Source of the DNA: Candidatus Atribacteria bacterium UBA6251 | GTDB taxonomy: Bacteria > Atribacterota > Phoenicimicrobiia > Phoenicimicrobiales > Phoenicimicrobiaceae | Assembly: GCA_002441285.1 (NCBI GenBank) | Contig: DJVR01000028.1 | Coordinates: 2,910 to 66,909, forward strand | DNA: 64,000 nucleotides | Direction: 5' to 3' | In this document: in pieces, positions 41,964 through 51,501 of the stretch | Position numbering within the stretch: position 1 is the first letter of the stretch | Layout of the letters: each line of letters opens with the position of its first letter | The notes under the pieces: model-generated | Databases searched by the model: none | What the model saw: the letters and a program-made list of their open reading frames with translations, nothing else | What the model was told of the DNA's origin: nothing | Translations under genes and position numbers: made by a program

Positions 41964-43430
41964 ATGGAGATAACTCCGCAATTAATTATCCTGGTAGTCT
42001 ACTTTGTTTTAATTATTTTTTTGGGTATTTTAGCTATGAAGAAAGTAAAAGGTTCTGAAGATTTACTCGTTGCGGGTAGAAGTTTAGGATTAATGTATGT
42101 CTCCGTTTCTATTGCCGCTGAATATATGGGTGGATTAGGAACTATTGGTACAGCAGAGGTAGCTTTTAATCAAGGGATGGGAGTTATTTGGTATCATATT
42201 GCTTCTGCTTGTGGGTTAATGCTTTTTGGATTTGCGTTTGCCCATTATTATCGAAAATATAATGTGATTACTGTTCCGGAATATTTATATTACCTTTATG
42301 ATGTAAAAAGTTGGAAGGCTGCCTCAATTTTAAATGTGGTAGGTTATTGGTTTTTTACTATTATTCAAATGACTGCTCTGGGCTCCTTGATTGCCAGCGT
42401 TACCGGTTTTGATATAAAGTGGTGTGTTCTGATTAGTGGCTTGGCAATGACTATTTATTTATTAGCTGCCGGGATGTGGTCGGTGGCTTTTACCAGTGTA
42501 GCTTTTATGCTTACCATCGGTAGTGGTATTCCGTTAGCTTTTTGGTGGGTTATGAAACACGAGGTACCCTTACTTATTAACTCCGGAGGAGTAGGAGGGT
42601 TTGCTGGTTTAGCTAATGCGCTCAGTAGTATTGGATTAAATTCTGAACATCTGATGAGTCCCTTTAGTTTAGGTTTTATGGTAATTTTAGGATATTTTTT
42701 GGGAGGAGTGCTGGGTATACCTGCAGCCCAGGCTACGGTTAATTATTCTTTTGGAGCACGTAATTGGAAAGTTGCCAGGTTGGCTCCTGTTCTAGCTGCT
42801 ATTTTAATTCTACCTTTAAGTATCTGGACTGGTTCAATGGGTTTATTTGCCCGAGCTGCGGGGCTTACTACTAATCCCAAGCTTGCTTTAGGAGTTACCC
42901 TGATGAATATAAATCCAATTATTGGAGGGATTGGAATAGCGGGAATATTTGCAGCCTTAATTTCGACAGTGGCTGGAATATTATTTGCCTGTGCTTCCAT
43001 TATGGCCAAAGACATCTGGCAAAGATGGCTTCACCCTGATCAAGATGATAAATATTTGGCTCGCTGGACTAGATTATGGATTTTAATTATCGGGATTAGC
43101 TCTGCCTTTGGAGCAATGACTTTACCTAAGATTTTACAACAAGCTTATTTTGTATATTCTATAAGAAGTGCTTTAATGATCTGCGTAGCTTTTGGCCTCT
43201 GGTGGAAAGCGGCTCACCCCAGAGCAGCCTTCTGGAGTATGATTATAGCTTTAATAGGTGGTACTATGTATCAGTTTAATCTTCCGATTAATTTTCAAGC
43301 ATTTTTTCACTTACATATTGCGGTTTGGTGTGGATTATTGAGTTTTATCTCCTTTATAATTATTAGTCTATTTTCTAAGTGGACTGCTCAAACTGCGAGT
43401 GAGTTACCGCCTATGATTTTAAAGAAATAA
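41964..43430 (+). CDS. Sodium:solute symporter (SSS) family transporter
   Basis: 488 aa, about 13 hydrophobic segments. The N-terminal region ...LLVAGRSLG...SIAAEYMGG...G is typical of SSS (PutP/PanF-like) carriers. Confidence 0.8.
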   Translation: MEITPQLIILVVYFVLIIFLGILAMKKVKGSEDLLVAGRSLGLMYVSVSIAAEYMGGLGTIGTAEVAFNQGMGVIWYHIASACGLMLFGFAFAHYYRKYNVITVPEYLYYLYDVKSWKAASILNVVGYWFFTIIQMTALGSLIASVTGFDIKWCVLISGLAMTIYLLAAGMWSVAFTSVAFMLTIGSGIPLAFWWVMKHEVPLLINSGGVGGFAGLANALSSIGLNSEHLMSPFSLGFMVILGYFLGGVLGIPAAQATVNYSFGARNWKVARLAPVLAAILILPLSIWTGSMGLFARAAGLTTNPKLALGVTLMNINPIIGGIGIAGIFAALISTVAGILFACASIMAKDIWQRWLHPDQDDKYLARWTRLWILIIGISSAFGAMTLPKILQQAYFVYSIRSALMICVAFGLWWKAAHPRAAFWSMIIALIGGTMYQFNLPINFQAFFHLHIAVWCGLLSFISFIIISLFSKWTAQTASELPPMILKK

Positions 43431-43438
43431 GGAGGAAA

Positions 43439-43627
43439 ATGGTGATGTATACTTTTCTTTTTCCATCATTTCTTAAATTAGATTTAATAGTATGGGGGGT
43501 TTTAATAATTATATTTATCCTTTTTACTAATTATATTCATAAATTACCTGCTAATGCTATAGATGATTGTCAGGCTAAGGCCATAGAAAATAAAAAGAGA
43601 TTAGGAATTAAAATCTATAAAATATAA
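43439..43627 (+). CDS. Small hypothetical membrane protein following the SSS transporter
   Basis: 62 aa with one or two hydrophobic segments. GGAGG lies just upstream. No family recognised. Confidence 0.3.
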   Translation: MVMYTFLFPSFLKLDLIVWGVLIIIFILFTNYIHKLPANAIDDCQAKAIENKKRLGIKIYKI

Positions 43628-43734
43628 AATAGGAAAGAAAAAATTAAAAAATATAATAGAAGTTTTTTTAAGTTGTAAAGATATACGGATCAAATTAAAA
43701 TATTTAGCTAAGGATAGAAAAGGAAAATATTCAA

Positions 43735-44856
43735 ATGGAGAAGAATATATCAATCATTTTTACGGTAAATCCAGGAGCTACTTCTACTAAATGTGCTTTA
43801 TATGAGGTTGTCAAGGAAAATTTGAAAGAATTAAGTTCAGATACTATTGATCACCCCAGTGAAATTCTTTCAAAGTTTAAAAATATATCTGCTCAGTTAG
43901 ATTATCGAGAGGAATTGGTTCGTAATTTTATTAAAACCTATCTTCCTATAAAAGGAAAAATAGTAGCTTGTGCTGGTAGAGGTGGGATGCTTACTCCTGT
44001 TCCTAGTGGAGTAATTAAAATAAATGAAGAATTACTTGATTTTTCTTTAAATAGGCCAGTTTATCAACATGCTTCTAATTTAGGTGCTCCCTTGGCTTAT
44101 CGGGTAGCTCAAACTTATAAGGTTGAAGCTTTTATAGTTGATCCAGTTAGCGTGGATGAACTTTCTCCACTGGCCAGAATTTCGGGAAGTCCAGATTTTG
44201 AGAGGTTTAGCTTTGTTCATGCCCTAAATATTCGAGTCACTGTTCGTAAATTGAGCGAAAGATTAAATAAAAACTTTGAAGAAATTAAATGTGTAGTCGC
44301 ACATCTGGGAGCAGGTTTTTCTATTGCTGCTTTTGCAAATGGGAAAATAGTGGATAATGATAATCGTATGGAATCTGCCCCTTTTACTCCGGAGAGGGCT
44401 GGAGGAATTCCACCTATCCCTCTAGTGGAAGCATGTTTTTCTGGTAAATATTCCAAAGAAGAGATATTGAGAAAATTATATGGTGAAGGAGGAATATATG
44501 CCTATTTAAAGACTAAGGATATGAAAGAAGTAGAAAGGCGGGTAAGAGAGGGAGAAGAATATGCTTCCTTAATTTATGAGGCTATGATTTATCAGATTTG
44601 TAAGGAGATTGGAGCCATGGCTTCAGTAATGGATTTTAATTTAGACGGAATTATTCTTACCGGAGGTTTAGCTAAAGGTCAGCTATTAGTAGAAAAGATT
44701 ACCAGAAAAGTTCAAAAGATAGGGAAAATATACCTTTATCCAGGCAGCAATGAGAATGAAGCTCTAGCGCTGGGAGTTTTACGTGTACTTTTAGGCAGGG
44801 AGAAATTTATGGAGTGGCCAATTAAAATGCATAATCATAATATAAAAAAGGGGTGA
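43735..44856 (+). CDS. buk: Butyrate kinase
   Basis: 373 aa. INPGATSTKCALYE (ASKHA phosphate-1 motif), VAHLGAGFSIAA, ILTGGLA. Followed by ptb. Confidence 0.9.
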   Translation: MEKNISIIFTVNPGATSTKCALYEVVKENLKELSSDTIDHPSEILSKFKNISAQLDYREELVRNFIKTYLPIKGKIVACAGRGGMLTPVPSGVIKINEELLDFSLNRPVYQHASNLGAPLAYRVAQTYKVEAFIVDPVSVDELSPLARISGSPDFERFSFVHALNIRVTVRKLSERLNKNFEEIKCVVAHLGAGFSIAAFANGKIVDNDNRMESAPFTPERAGGIPPIPLVEACFSGKYSKEEILRKLYGEGGIYAYLKTKDMKEVERRVREGEEYASLIYEAMIYQICKEIGAMASVMDFNLDGIILTGGLAKGQLLVEKITRKVQKIGKIYLYPGSNENEALALGVLRVLLGREKFMEWPIKMHNHNIKKG

Positions 44857-44866
44857 AAAGAAAAAA

Positions 44867-45799
44867 TTGATTAGAAGTTTTAAAGAATTGAAAGAATTAG
44901 TAATCAGTTTAACTCCTTTAAAAATAGCAGTAGCTGCTGCCGAAGATGAAAAAGTAATTGAAGGGATTAAGTTAGCTCGGGAGTTAGGAATAGTAAAAGA
45001 CCCAATTTTAACCGGAGATAGAAATAGAATAACTGAGATAATTAGATTATTGGGTGAAAATATTACTCATTATGATATTCGAGAAGCTAGAGATGAAGCA
45101 GAAGCTGCTAGAATTGCGGTTAAAGCGATAAGAGATACAGAGGCACAGATTTTAGTTAAAGGAAGATTAGAAACGGTATACTATTTAAAAGCAATTCTAG
45201 ACAAAGAGCAGGGGATAAAGGACTCTGAAGTTCTTTCTAATCTTACTATGTTTGAGATGGATAGTTACCATAAATTTATTGCAGTTACTGATAATGCTAT
45301 TATTCCTGTCCCTACTTTGGAAGAAAAAAAGGCTATCATCGAAAATACCAAACCTCTCTGGAATGCTATCGGCATTGAAAAACCAAAAGTTGCAGTATTA
45401 ACTGCTATTGAATTGGTTAATCCGAAGCTATCTGCTACGGTTGATGCAGCCTGTTTATCTAAAATGGCAGAAAGAGGACAGATAGAAGGATTTGTAATAG
45501 ATGGTCCACTATCTTATGATACTGCAATAAATTTAATCTGTGCCCAGGATAAAGGTTTGTATAGCTCTGGAGTGGCAGGAGACCCTGATCTGTTACTTCT
45601 ACCTAATTTAGAAGCAGCAAATATTTTAGGTAAGAGTTATAAATTTCATGGAAAAGCTAAATCAGGAGGATTAGTACTAGGCGCAAAAGTCCCAGTGGTT
45701 TTAAATTCACGTTCTGATTCATCAGAAAGAAGATTGAATTCTATGTTAATGGCGCGAGCAATTGCTGAAAAGTTGGCATTTGGTTGCCATAAAAGTTAA
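44867..45799 (+). CDS. ptb: Phosphate butyryltransferase
   Basis: 310 aa. IAVAAAEDEKVIEGIKLARELGI...ILVKG...VLNSRSDS is the phosphate acetyl/butyryl transferase pattern. TTG start. Confidence 0.85.
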   Translation: MIRSFKELKELVISLTPLKIAVAAAEDEKVIEGIKLARELGIVKDPILTGDRNRITEIIRLLGENITHYDIREARDEAEAARIAVKAIRDTEAQILVKGRLETVYYLKAILDKEQGIKDSEVLSNLTMFEMDSYHKFIAVTDNAIIPVPTLEEKKAIIENTKPLWNAIGIEKPKVAVLTAIELVNPKLSATVDAACLSKMAERGQIEGFVIDGPLSYDTAINLICAQDKGLYSSGVAGDPDLLLLPNLEAANILGKSYKFHGKAKSGGLVLGAKVPVVLNSRSDSSERRLNSMLMARAIAEKLAFGCHKS

Positions 45800-45822
45800 A
45801 ATGTATCTAAAAGGAATATAAA

Positions 45823-46026
45823 ATGAAAACACCCAAAGTCTTAATAGATTATAAATTATGTAAGAGATGTGGTATATGTAGCCATTTTTGTCCTAAACAG
45901 GTTTTTGTATGTGATGAATTGAATGGTGCTCAGGTAGATAAAGAAGAAGATTGTATAGCTTGTGAAAAATGTGTAATTATGTGCCCGGAAATGGCTATAG
46001 AAATAATTACTCAAAAGGAGGAGTAG
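45823..46026 (+). CDS. 2-oxoacid:ferredoxin oxidoreductase delta subunit (2x[4Fe-4S] ferredoxin)
   Basis: 67 aa with CKRCGICSHFCP and CIACEKCVIMCP. Confidence 0.85.
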   Translation: MKTPKVLIDYKLCKRCGICSHFCPKQVFVCDELNGAQVDKEEDCIACEKCVIMCPEMAIEIITQKEE

Positions 46027-46030
46027 GATA

Positions 46031-47182
46031 GTGCCTGAGGCCAGGTTAGGAAAAAGATTATTTTTGCAGGGAAATATCGCAGTAGGAGAAGGAGCGATTG
46101 CGGCTGGAGCCAGGTTTTTTGCTGGTTATCCGATTACTCCTTCTTCTGAAATTGCGCATCATGCGGCCTATTGTCTACCTAAAGTAGGTGGTATCTATAT
46201 TCAGATGGAGGATGAGATTGGAAGTATTAGTGCAATAATTGGAGCAAGTATGGCGGGAGCAAAGGTATATACTGCTACCAGTGGTCCCGGGATTTCCTTA
46301 ATGAATGAAAATATTGGATTAGCCTGTATGGTTGAAGCTCCTTGTGTTTTGATTAATGTACAGAGAGCAGGTCCAAGTACTGGATTGGCTACTAAACCCG
46401 CGCAAGGAGATTTTTTTCAGATACGCTGGGGAACTCATGGCGATCATTCTATTATTGCATTATCTCCAGCTACAGTTCAAGAATGTTTCGATCTTACGAT
46501 TAAGGCTTTTAACTTTGCGGAGCGATTTAGAACACCAGTTTTTGTCCTAATGGACGAGATAATAGGAAAAATGCACGAAACCATTGTTGTTCCTAATCCT
46601 CAGGATATCGAAATTGAGAATCGTAAGCTGGCTACCTGCTTACCGGAAGAATTTAAGCCTTATGCTTATAATGAAGACTTGGTACCTCTTTTTGCGCCCT
46701 TTGGGGATATTCGCATTAATAAAGCTAATGGCTCAGGTCATGGCCAGGATGGTTTTCCTGATAATAATCCTGATAATTATGATCGATTGGTAAGGCGTTT
46801 AAATGACAAGATTGAAAAAAATAAAAAAAGGATTTGTTTATATAAAACCTTTAATTGTCAGGATGATACAGAAATTTTAATTATTGCCTATGGTTGTAGC
46901 GTCCGTCCTGCTTTAGCGGTAATTGAACAAGCAGCCAGGTACGGATTAAAAATAGGTTTGTTACAGTTACAGACTCTATGGCCTTTTCCTGATGAGATTA
47001 TTCTGAAATATAGTAGAAAGGTGAAAAAAATTATTGTACCTGAATTAAGTTTGGGACAATTAAGATTAGAAATTACTCGTTATATTAAAGATATCCCTAT
47101 AAAAGGGGTAAATAAAGTTGGAGGAATGAGCATTACTCCAGAAGATATTATTAAAGTAATAAAAGCAGGAAATGAAGAATGA
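46031..47182 (+). CDS. 2-oxoacid:ferredoxin oxidoreductase alpha subunit (VorA/KorA-like)
   Basis: 383 aa. GNIAVGEGAIAAGARFFAGYPITPSSEI...TSGPGISLM. GTG start after AAGGAGGAG. Confidence 0.9.
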   Translation: MPEARLGKRLFLQGNIAVGEGAIAAGARFFAGYPITPSSEIAHHAAYCLPKVGGIYIQMEDEIGSISAIIGASMAGAKVYTATSGPGISLMNENIGLACMVEAPCVLINVQRAGPSTGLATKPAQGDFFQIRWGTHGDHSIIALSPATVQECFDLTIKAFNFAERFRTPVFVLMDEIIGKMHETIVVPNPQDIEIENRKLATCLPEEFKPYAYNEDLVPLFAPFGDIRINKANGSGHGQDGFPDNNPDNYDRLVRRLNDKIEKNKKRICLYKTFNCQDDTEILIIAYGCSVRPALAVIEQAARYGLKIGLLQLQTLWPFPDEIILKYSRKVKKIIVPELSLGQLRLEITRYIKDIPIKGVNKVGGMSITPEDIIKVIKAGNEE

Positions 47183-48000
47183 AATACACTGGTAAAAAAT
47201 TTATTAAAAAAGATTCTTTGCCCTTTTTCTGGTGTGCTGGCTGTGGCAATGGAATTATACTAGCCTGTCTAGTCAGAGCAATGGAAGAGAATAATTTTAC
47301 TCAAGAAAATACAGTTATAGTTACTGGTATTGGTTGCTGGGGTAAGGCGGATGATTATTTGAATACTCATACCTTTCATGGAACCCATGGCAGGGCATTA
47401 GCTATTGCTACTGGAATAAAACTGGCTAAACCCTCTTTGGAGGTAATTGTCCTGGTGGGGGATGGTGATGGTGCAACTATTGGAGGAAACCACCTTATTC
47501 ATGCTGCTCGAAGAAATATGGATATTACTGTAATTATGTCTAATAATTTAAATTATGGAATGACAGGTGGTCAATATTCTGGAACTACACCCTATGGATC
47601 GATCACTTCTACCTCTCGTTATGGTCATGGAGAAGACGAATTTAATATTTCAGAATTAGTCAAGGCTGCTGGGGCAGCATATGTAGCTAAAGAAACTATT
47701 GCCAATCCTTTACGGCTACAGAAATTTATTTCCAGGGCTTTAAAAAAGGAAAATGGGTTTCGTTTTGTGGAAGCTATGAGCATCTGTCCTACTCACTATG
47801 GTAAAGAGAATCGATTGGGCAAAGCAGCGGAAATGATTGAAGGGTTAAAGAAAAATAGTCTAAAAATAGATTTAATCAAAGATAGAAGAATAGATGAATT
47901 AACTGCTAAAATAATTGTGGGGGAATATATCGATAGAGAAGTAGATGGATATATAAAACGTTATAGAGAGATTCAGAAGAAAGCCCAAAATAAAAAATAA
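47179..48000 (+). CDS. 2-oxoacid:ferredoxin oxidoreductase beta subunit (TPP-binding)
   Basis: 273 aa. WCAGCGNG...GIGC...GDGDGATIGGNHLIHAARRN...NN..YGMTGGQ. ATGA overlap with the alpha subunit. Confidence 0.9.
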   Translation: MKYTGKKFIKKDSLPFFWCAGCGNGIILACLVRAMEENNFTQENTVIVTGIGCWGKADDYLNTHTFHGTHGRALAIATGIKLAKPSLEVIVLVGDGDGATIGGNHLIHAARRNMDITVIMSNNLNYGMTGGQYSGTTPYGSITSTSRYGHGEDEFNISELVKAAGAAYVAKETIANPLRLQKFISRALKKENGFRFVEAMSICPTHYGKENRLGKAAEMIEGLKKNSLKIDLIKDRRIDELTAKIIVGEYIDREVDGYIKRYREIQKKAQNKK

Positions 48001-48017
48001 TTTTTAAGGAAAAGATT

Positions 48018-48554
48018 ATGATGAAAAATACTTATGAAGTAATAATTAGTGGCATAGGTGGTCAGGGCACGGTAGTTAGTGGAGCGATTTTAGGTGAAGC
48101 AGCTAGTTCTTATGATAACAAATTTGCGGTAATGACTTGCACTTATGGTACGGAAGCAAGAGGCACCTTTGCTAAGTCTGATATTTTAATTAGCGATAAT
48201 TTTATTCCCTATTATGAGGCTTTAAATCCAGATATTATATTAGTTTTATCTGATAAAGCTTACCCCTATATTAAAAATAGAATAGATAAAGAAACTATAG
48301 TAGTAATTAACTCCAATGAAGTAAAGAATTATGAAAAAATTTTGGGAAAAGTTTATGCTTTACCACTTTCTGAAATGGCGGTTAAAGTAGGATCTCTCCA
48401 GGCATTAAATATGATTGCCCTGGGATTTATGGTAGGATTAACTCAGATGATCAGTCGAGAAGCATTAATAAAAACAGTAGAAAATAAATATAAAAATAAA
48501 AGAGATTATCTAATTAATATTAAGGCCATAGAAGAAGGATGGAAGATGATTTAG
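48018..48554 (+). CDS. 2-oxoacid:ferredoxin oxidoreductase gamma subunit
   Basis: 178 aa. ISGIGGQGTVVSGAILGEAA is typical of gamma subunits. Confidence 0.85.
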   Translation: MMKNTYEVIISGIGGQGTVVSGAILGEAASSYDNKFAVMTCTYGTEARGTFAKSDILISDNFIPYYEALNPDIILVLSDKAYPYIKNRIDKETIVVINSNEVKNYEKILGKVYALPLSEMAVKVGSLQALNMIALGFMVGLTQMISREALIKTVENKYKNKRDYLINIKAIEEGWKMI

Positions 48555-48603
48555 AGAAAATATCTAAGAATTTAATAAAGTTAAGGAGATGAAACAGGTA
48601 AAA

Positions 48604-49740
48604 ATGAAAGCAATTGTGTTAGGATGTGGTTTAGTTGGAAGGTTGATAGCTCGAGATTTATCTCAAGATAAAGAATTTGAAGTAACAGTAGCTGATATCC
48701 AGGAAAACAGATTAAAGCAAATACAAAAGGAATTAAATTTAAAAGTTGTAAAAGTAGATTTTTCCATTCCTAGTGATATCCAGAAAATAGTAGCCGATCA
48801 AGATATAGTAATTGGTGCAGTGCCGGGCTTTCTGGGTTTTAAAGTTTTAAACGCAGTGGTTAAAGCAGGGAAAAATATGGTTGATATTTCCTTTATGGCT
48901 GAAGATGCGCTGCAGCTTGATTCTTTAGCTAAAGAAAAAGGAGTAACTGCGGTAGTAGATATGGGAGTAGCCCCAGGAATGAGTCATATGATAACAGGAT
49001 ATGTAGATAGTTTATTAGAAGAAACTGAAAGCGCTACCATTCTGGTAGGGGGACTTCCAGTTACCCGAGAATGGCCTTATGAATATAAAATATCCTGGTC
49101 TCCAATAGACGTGCTAGAAGAGTATATACGGCCTGCCAGGGTGGTGGAAAGTGGAAAAATAATAGAAAAACCGGCACTTTCTGATCTTGAACTGGTTAAT
49201 CTTCCTCCCATTGGAACTTTAGAAGCTTTTAATACTGATGGCCTTCGCAGCCTACTTCATACCTTAAAGATTCCTACCTTGACAGAAAAGACTTTGCGCT
49301 ATCCAGGATATGCAGAGAAAATGAAAATGCTAAGAGAGACGGGATTTTTTAATCAAGAACCAGTAGAAATTGGAAAAGTAAAGATTAGACCTATTGAATT
49401 TACTTCAAAATTGCTTTTTTCGCAATGGGAATTAAAAGAAGGCGAAGAAGAGTTTACGATAATGAGAATAATAGTACAAGGAAAAAAGAGGGAGAAGAGG
49501 TTTATTTACACTTATGATTTGTTAAATTATTACGATAAGAAAGAAAAAACCACCTCTATGTCTCGCACTACTGGCTTTCCTTGTGCAATTATGGCTCGTC
49601 TGGTAGTTCGGGGAGAATATTCAGTTAAAGGTATTTGCCCACCTGAAATTATTGGTAAAAATCACCAGATATTTTTTAAAGTATTAAAAGAGTTAGAAAA
49701 GAGAAATGTTATTTTTAAAGAAAAAATAGTGGAAATATGA
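48604..49740 (+). CDS. Saccharopine dehydrogenase family protein (NAD(P)-binding N-domain plus C-domain)
   Basis: MKAIVLGCGLVGRLIARDL Rossmann start and Sacchrp_dh-like C-terminal half. I prefer ATG 48604 because the AGGAG at 48584-48588 abuts the listed ATG 48589 with no spacer. Confidence 0.7.
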   Translation: MKAIVLGCGLVGRLIARDLSQDKEFEVTVADIQENRLKQIQKELNLKVVKVDFSIPSDIQKIVADQDIVIGAVPGFLGFKVLNAVVKAGKNMVDISFMAEDALQLDSLAKEKGVTAVVDMGVAPGMSHMITGYVDSLLEETESATILVGGLPVTREWPYEYKISWSPIDVLEEYIRPARVVESGKIIEKPALSDLELVNLPPIGTLEAFNTDGLRSLLHTLKIPTLTEKTLRYPGYAEKMKMLRETGFFNQEPVEIGKVKIRPIEFTSKLLFSQWELKEGEEEFTIMRIIVQGKKREKRFIYTYDLLNYYDKKEKTTSMSRTTGFPCAIMARLVVRGEYSVKGICPPEIIGKNHQIFFKVLKELEKRNVIFKEKIVEI

Positions 49741-49860
49741 TCAAAAATAAGTAGAAAGTTTAGAAACGAAATTTTTAATTAGAAAGGAGGATTAGATTAA
49801 AAATTTAATCTACTCATTTATTTGGCAGGTTGAGATTACTTGTATTTAAAATAAATACAA

Positions 49861-50024
49861 GGTAGAGGTGCGGATATTAATGAGTAAAGGCAAAATAAAA
49901 TAATTAGCCTTGAAAGGTATATCCGCCGAAGCAAGAAAGATTATAAAATCTTCTTGCTGGGCTTATAGTGAATAACTATAAGACTGTCATCAAATCTTTC
50001 CCCTGATTTAGATGGAGCGCTACC
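49861..50024 (+). promoter_or_regulatory. Lysine riboswitch (L-box) aptamer
   Basis: All conserved L-box blocks are present in order: GGTAGAGGTGCGG...AATGAGTAAAGG...TGAAAGG...TCCGCCGAAGC...CTGGGC...GACTGTCA...[P5 hairpin CATCAAATC/GATTTAGATG]...TGGAGCGCTACC. P1 is GGTAG (49861-65) pairing with CTACC (50020-24). Confidence 0.85.
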
Positions 50025-50077
50025 TATTTGTCTGGTAGAGGTCTTTATTTAATAATGGGGAAGGGAAGCTTATATTT

Positions 50078-50116
50078 AAGCAATCAATGAAGACTCTATC
50101 ATTGATTGCTTTTTTT
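50078..50116 (+). terminator. Intrinsic terminator of the lysine riboswitch expression platform
   Basis: 13-bp perfect stem, AAGCAATCAATGA (50078-90) pairing with TCATTGATTGCTT (50099-50111), with an 8-nt loop, running into TTTTTTT. It ends ~90 nt before the ATG at 50205. Confidence 0.85.
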
Positions 50117-50204
50117 ATTTATTAGATTCTTTATTCTTAAATATCTTTTTAAAATAATTAACTAATTAACCGACTAACTAAATAACTTAAAAGGAGGAAA
50201 ATAT

Positions 50205-51458
50205 ATGAAGGTATTAATTTTTGGTGGTTCTGGTAAGATGGGTTCTGCAGTTGCCTGGGATTTAGTCAAAAATGATAAGATTGGAGAAGTAGGGATTATT
50301 GGGATTGCCGGAAGAAAAGAAGATAGTTTAGAAAAGGTAAAAAAGTGGATAGGTAGTGAAAAGTTGGTACTACATAATATCGATGTGAACAATCGGAAAG
50401 AAACAATGAATTTAATGGAAAGGTATGATGTAGGAGCAATTGCTTTACCCGATAGAAGAAGTAGTTATAAAGTAGTAGAAATGGCTATTGAAGTGGGTTT
50501 GAATATTGTGGATATTTTGGAAGAGTATCATAGAAGACCAGATAAATATGAGGTAGAGGGGTTAGAAATACCCTCAGGGATGAGCTTAAGAGAATATGGG
50601 GAACTACTTCATCATAAGGCGGTAGAAAAAGGAGTGACTTTTGTCGATGGAGCAGGTTTTGCTCCAGGATTAACTAATATTACTCTAGGCGAAGGTATTA
50701 GAAAATTGGATCAGGCTGATTCTGCTATTGCTAGATGCGGTGGGATTCCGGCAAAAGAGTTTGCTGAACATCATCCTCTAAAATATGTGATAACCTGGGC
50801 TTTTGAACATGTATTACGAGAATATATGATTAAAGTAGAAGTGATAAAAGATGGTAAAATTATGGAAATAGATGCGATGAGTGATTTTGAAGAGTTTAGA
50901 TTTAAGCAACTAGGGAAAGACGAAAAACTGAGCTGCGCAGTTACTCCAGGGATGCCCAGTTTTGTACATACCAGACCATTTCTGAAAGAATTTGCTGAAA
51001 AAACCATTCGCTGGCCTGGTCATTGGGAAGGGGCTAAAGTATTGAAAGAATGTGGAATGTTGGATTCTAGCCCTGTGGAATTTAAGGATACCAAAATTCC
51101 ACCTCGAGAATTTTTATCTTTCGTAATGTTACCTAAGCTTAAACCCCTGCCAGGTGAATATGATATTTGTGTGATGTGGAATACAGTAAAAGGGGAAAAA
51201 GACGGAAAAAAAATCAGGATTGATTATTATATGTGGGAAGAAGCAGACCTTGAACACGGTATTTCTGCTATGGCTAGAGTAACTTCTTTCCCAGAAGCAA
51301 TTACTGCTATAATGATAGGTAAAGGAGAAATTACCGAAAAAGGGGTGATAGCACCTGAAGATGCTATTAAAGGAAGGATATACCAGAATTTTATTGAAGA
51401 ATTAAAGAAGAGGAGAATAAATATCCTGGAAATTTCTAAAATAGAATCTGATGAATAA
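50205..51458 (+). CDS. Saccharopine dehydrogenase family protein (second paralogue)
   Basis: 417 aa. MKVLIFGGSGKMGSAVAWDL Rossmann start, APGLTNI motif, Sacchrp_dh C-terminal-like half. AAGGAGG RBS. Confidence 0.7.
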   Translation: MKVLIFGGSGKMGSAVAWDLVKNDKIGEVGIIGIAGRKEDSLEKVKKWIGSEKLVLHNIDVNNRKETMNLMERYDVGAIALPDRRSSYKVVEMAIEVGLNIVDILEEYHRRPDKYEVEGLEIPSGMSLREYGELLHHKAVEKGVTFVDGAGFAPGLTNITLGEGIRKLDQADSAIARCGGIPAKEFAEHHPLKYVITWAFEHVLREYMIKVEVIKDGKIMEIDAMSDFEEFRFKQLGKDEKLSCAVTPGMPSFVHTRPFLKEFAEKTIRWPGHWEGAKVLKECGMLDSSPVEFKDTKIPPREFLSFVMLPKLKPLPGEYDICVMWNTVKGEKDGKKIRIDYYMWEEADLEHGISAMARVTSFPEAITAIMIGKGEITEKGVIAPEDAIKGRIYQNFIEELKKRRINILEISKIESDE

Positions 51459-51501
51459 TAATTATTATTAAATAGAATAAAAATTCGAGGAGGGAAAACA
51501 A

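Noticed and set aside
49838-49861. A perfect 10-bp palindrome, CTTGTATTTA-AAA-TAAATACAAG, immediately upstream of riboswitch P1. I considered it as an operator or as the terminator of the preceding gene.
   Set aside because: The stem is entirely A/T-rich and no T-run follows. Its last base overlaps P1. The function cannot be decided from sequence, so it is mentioned only for completeness.
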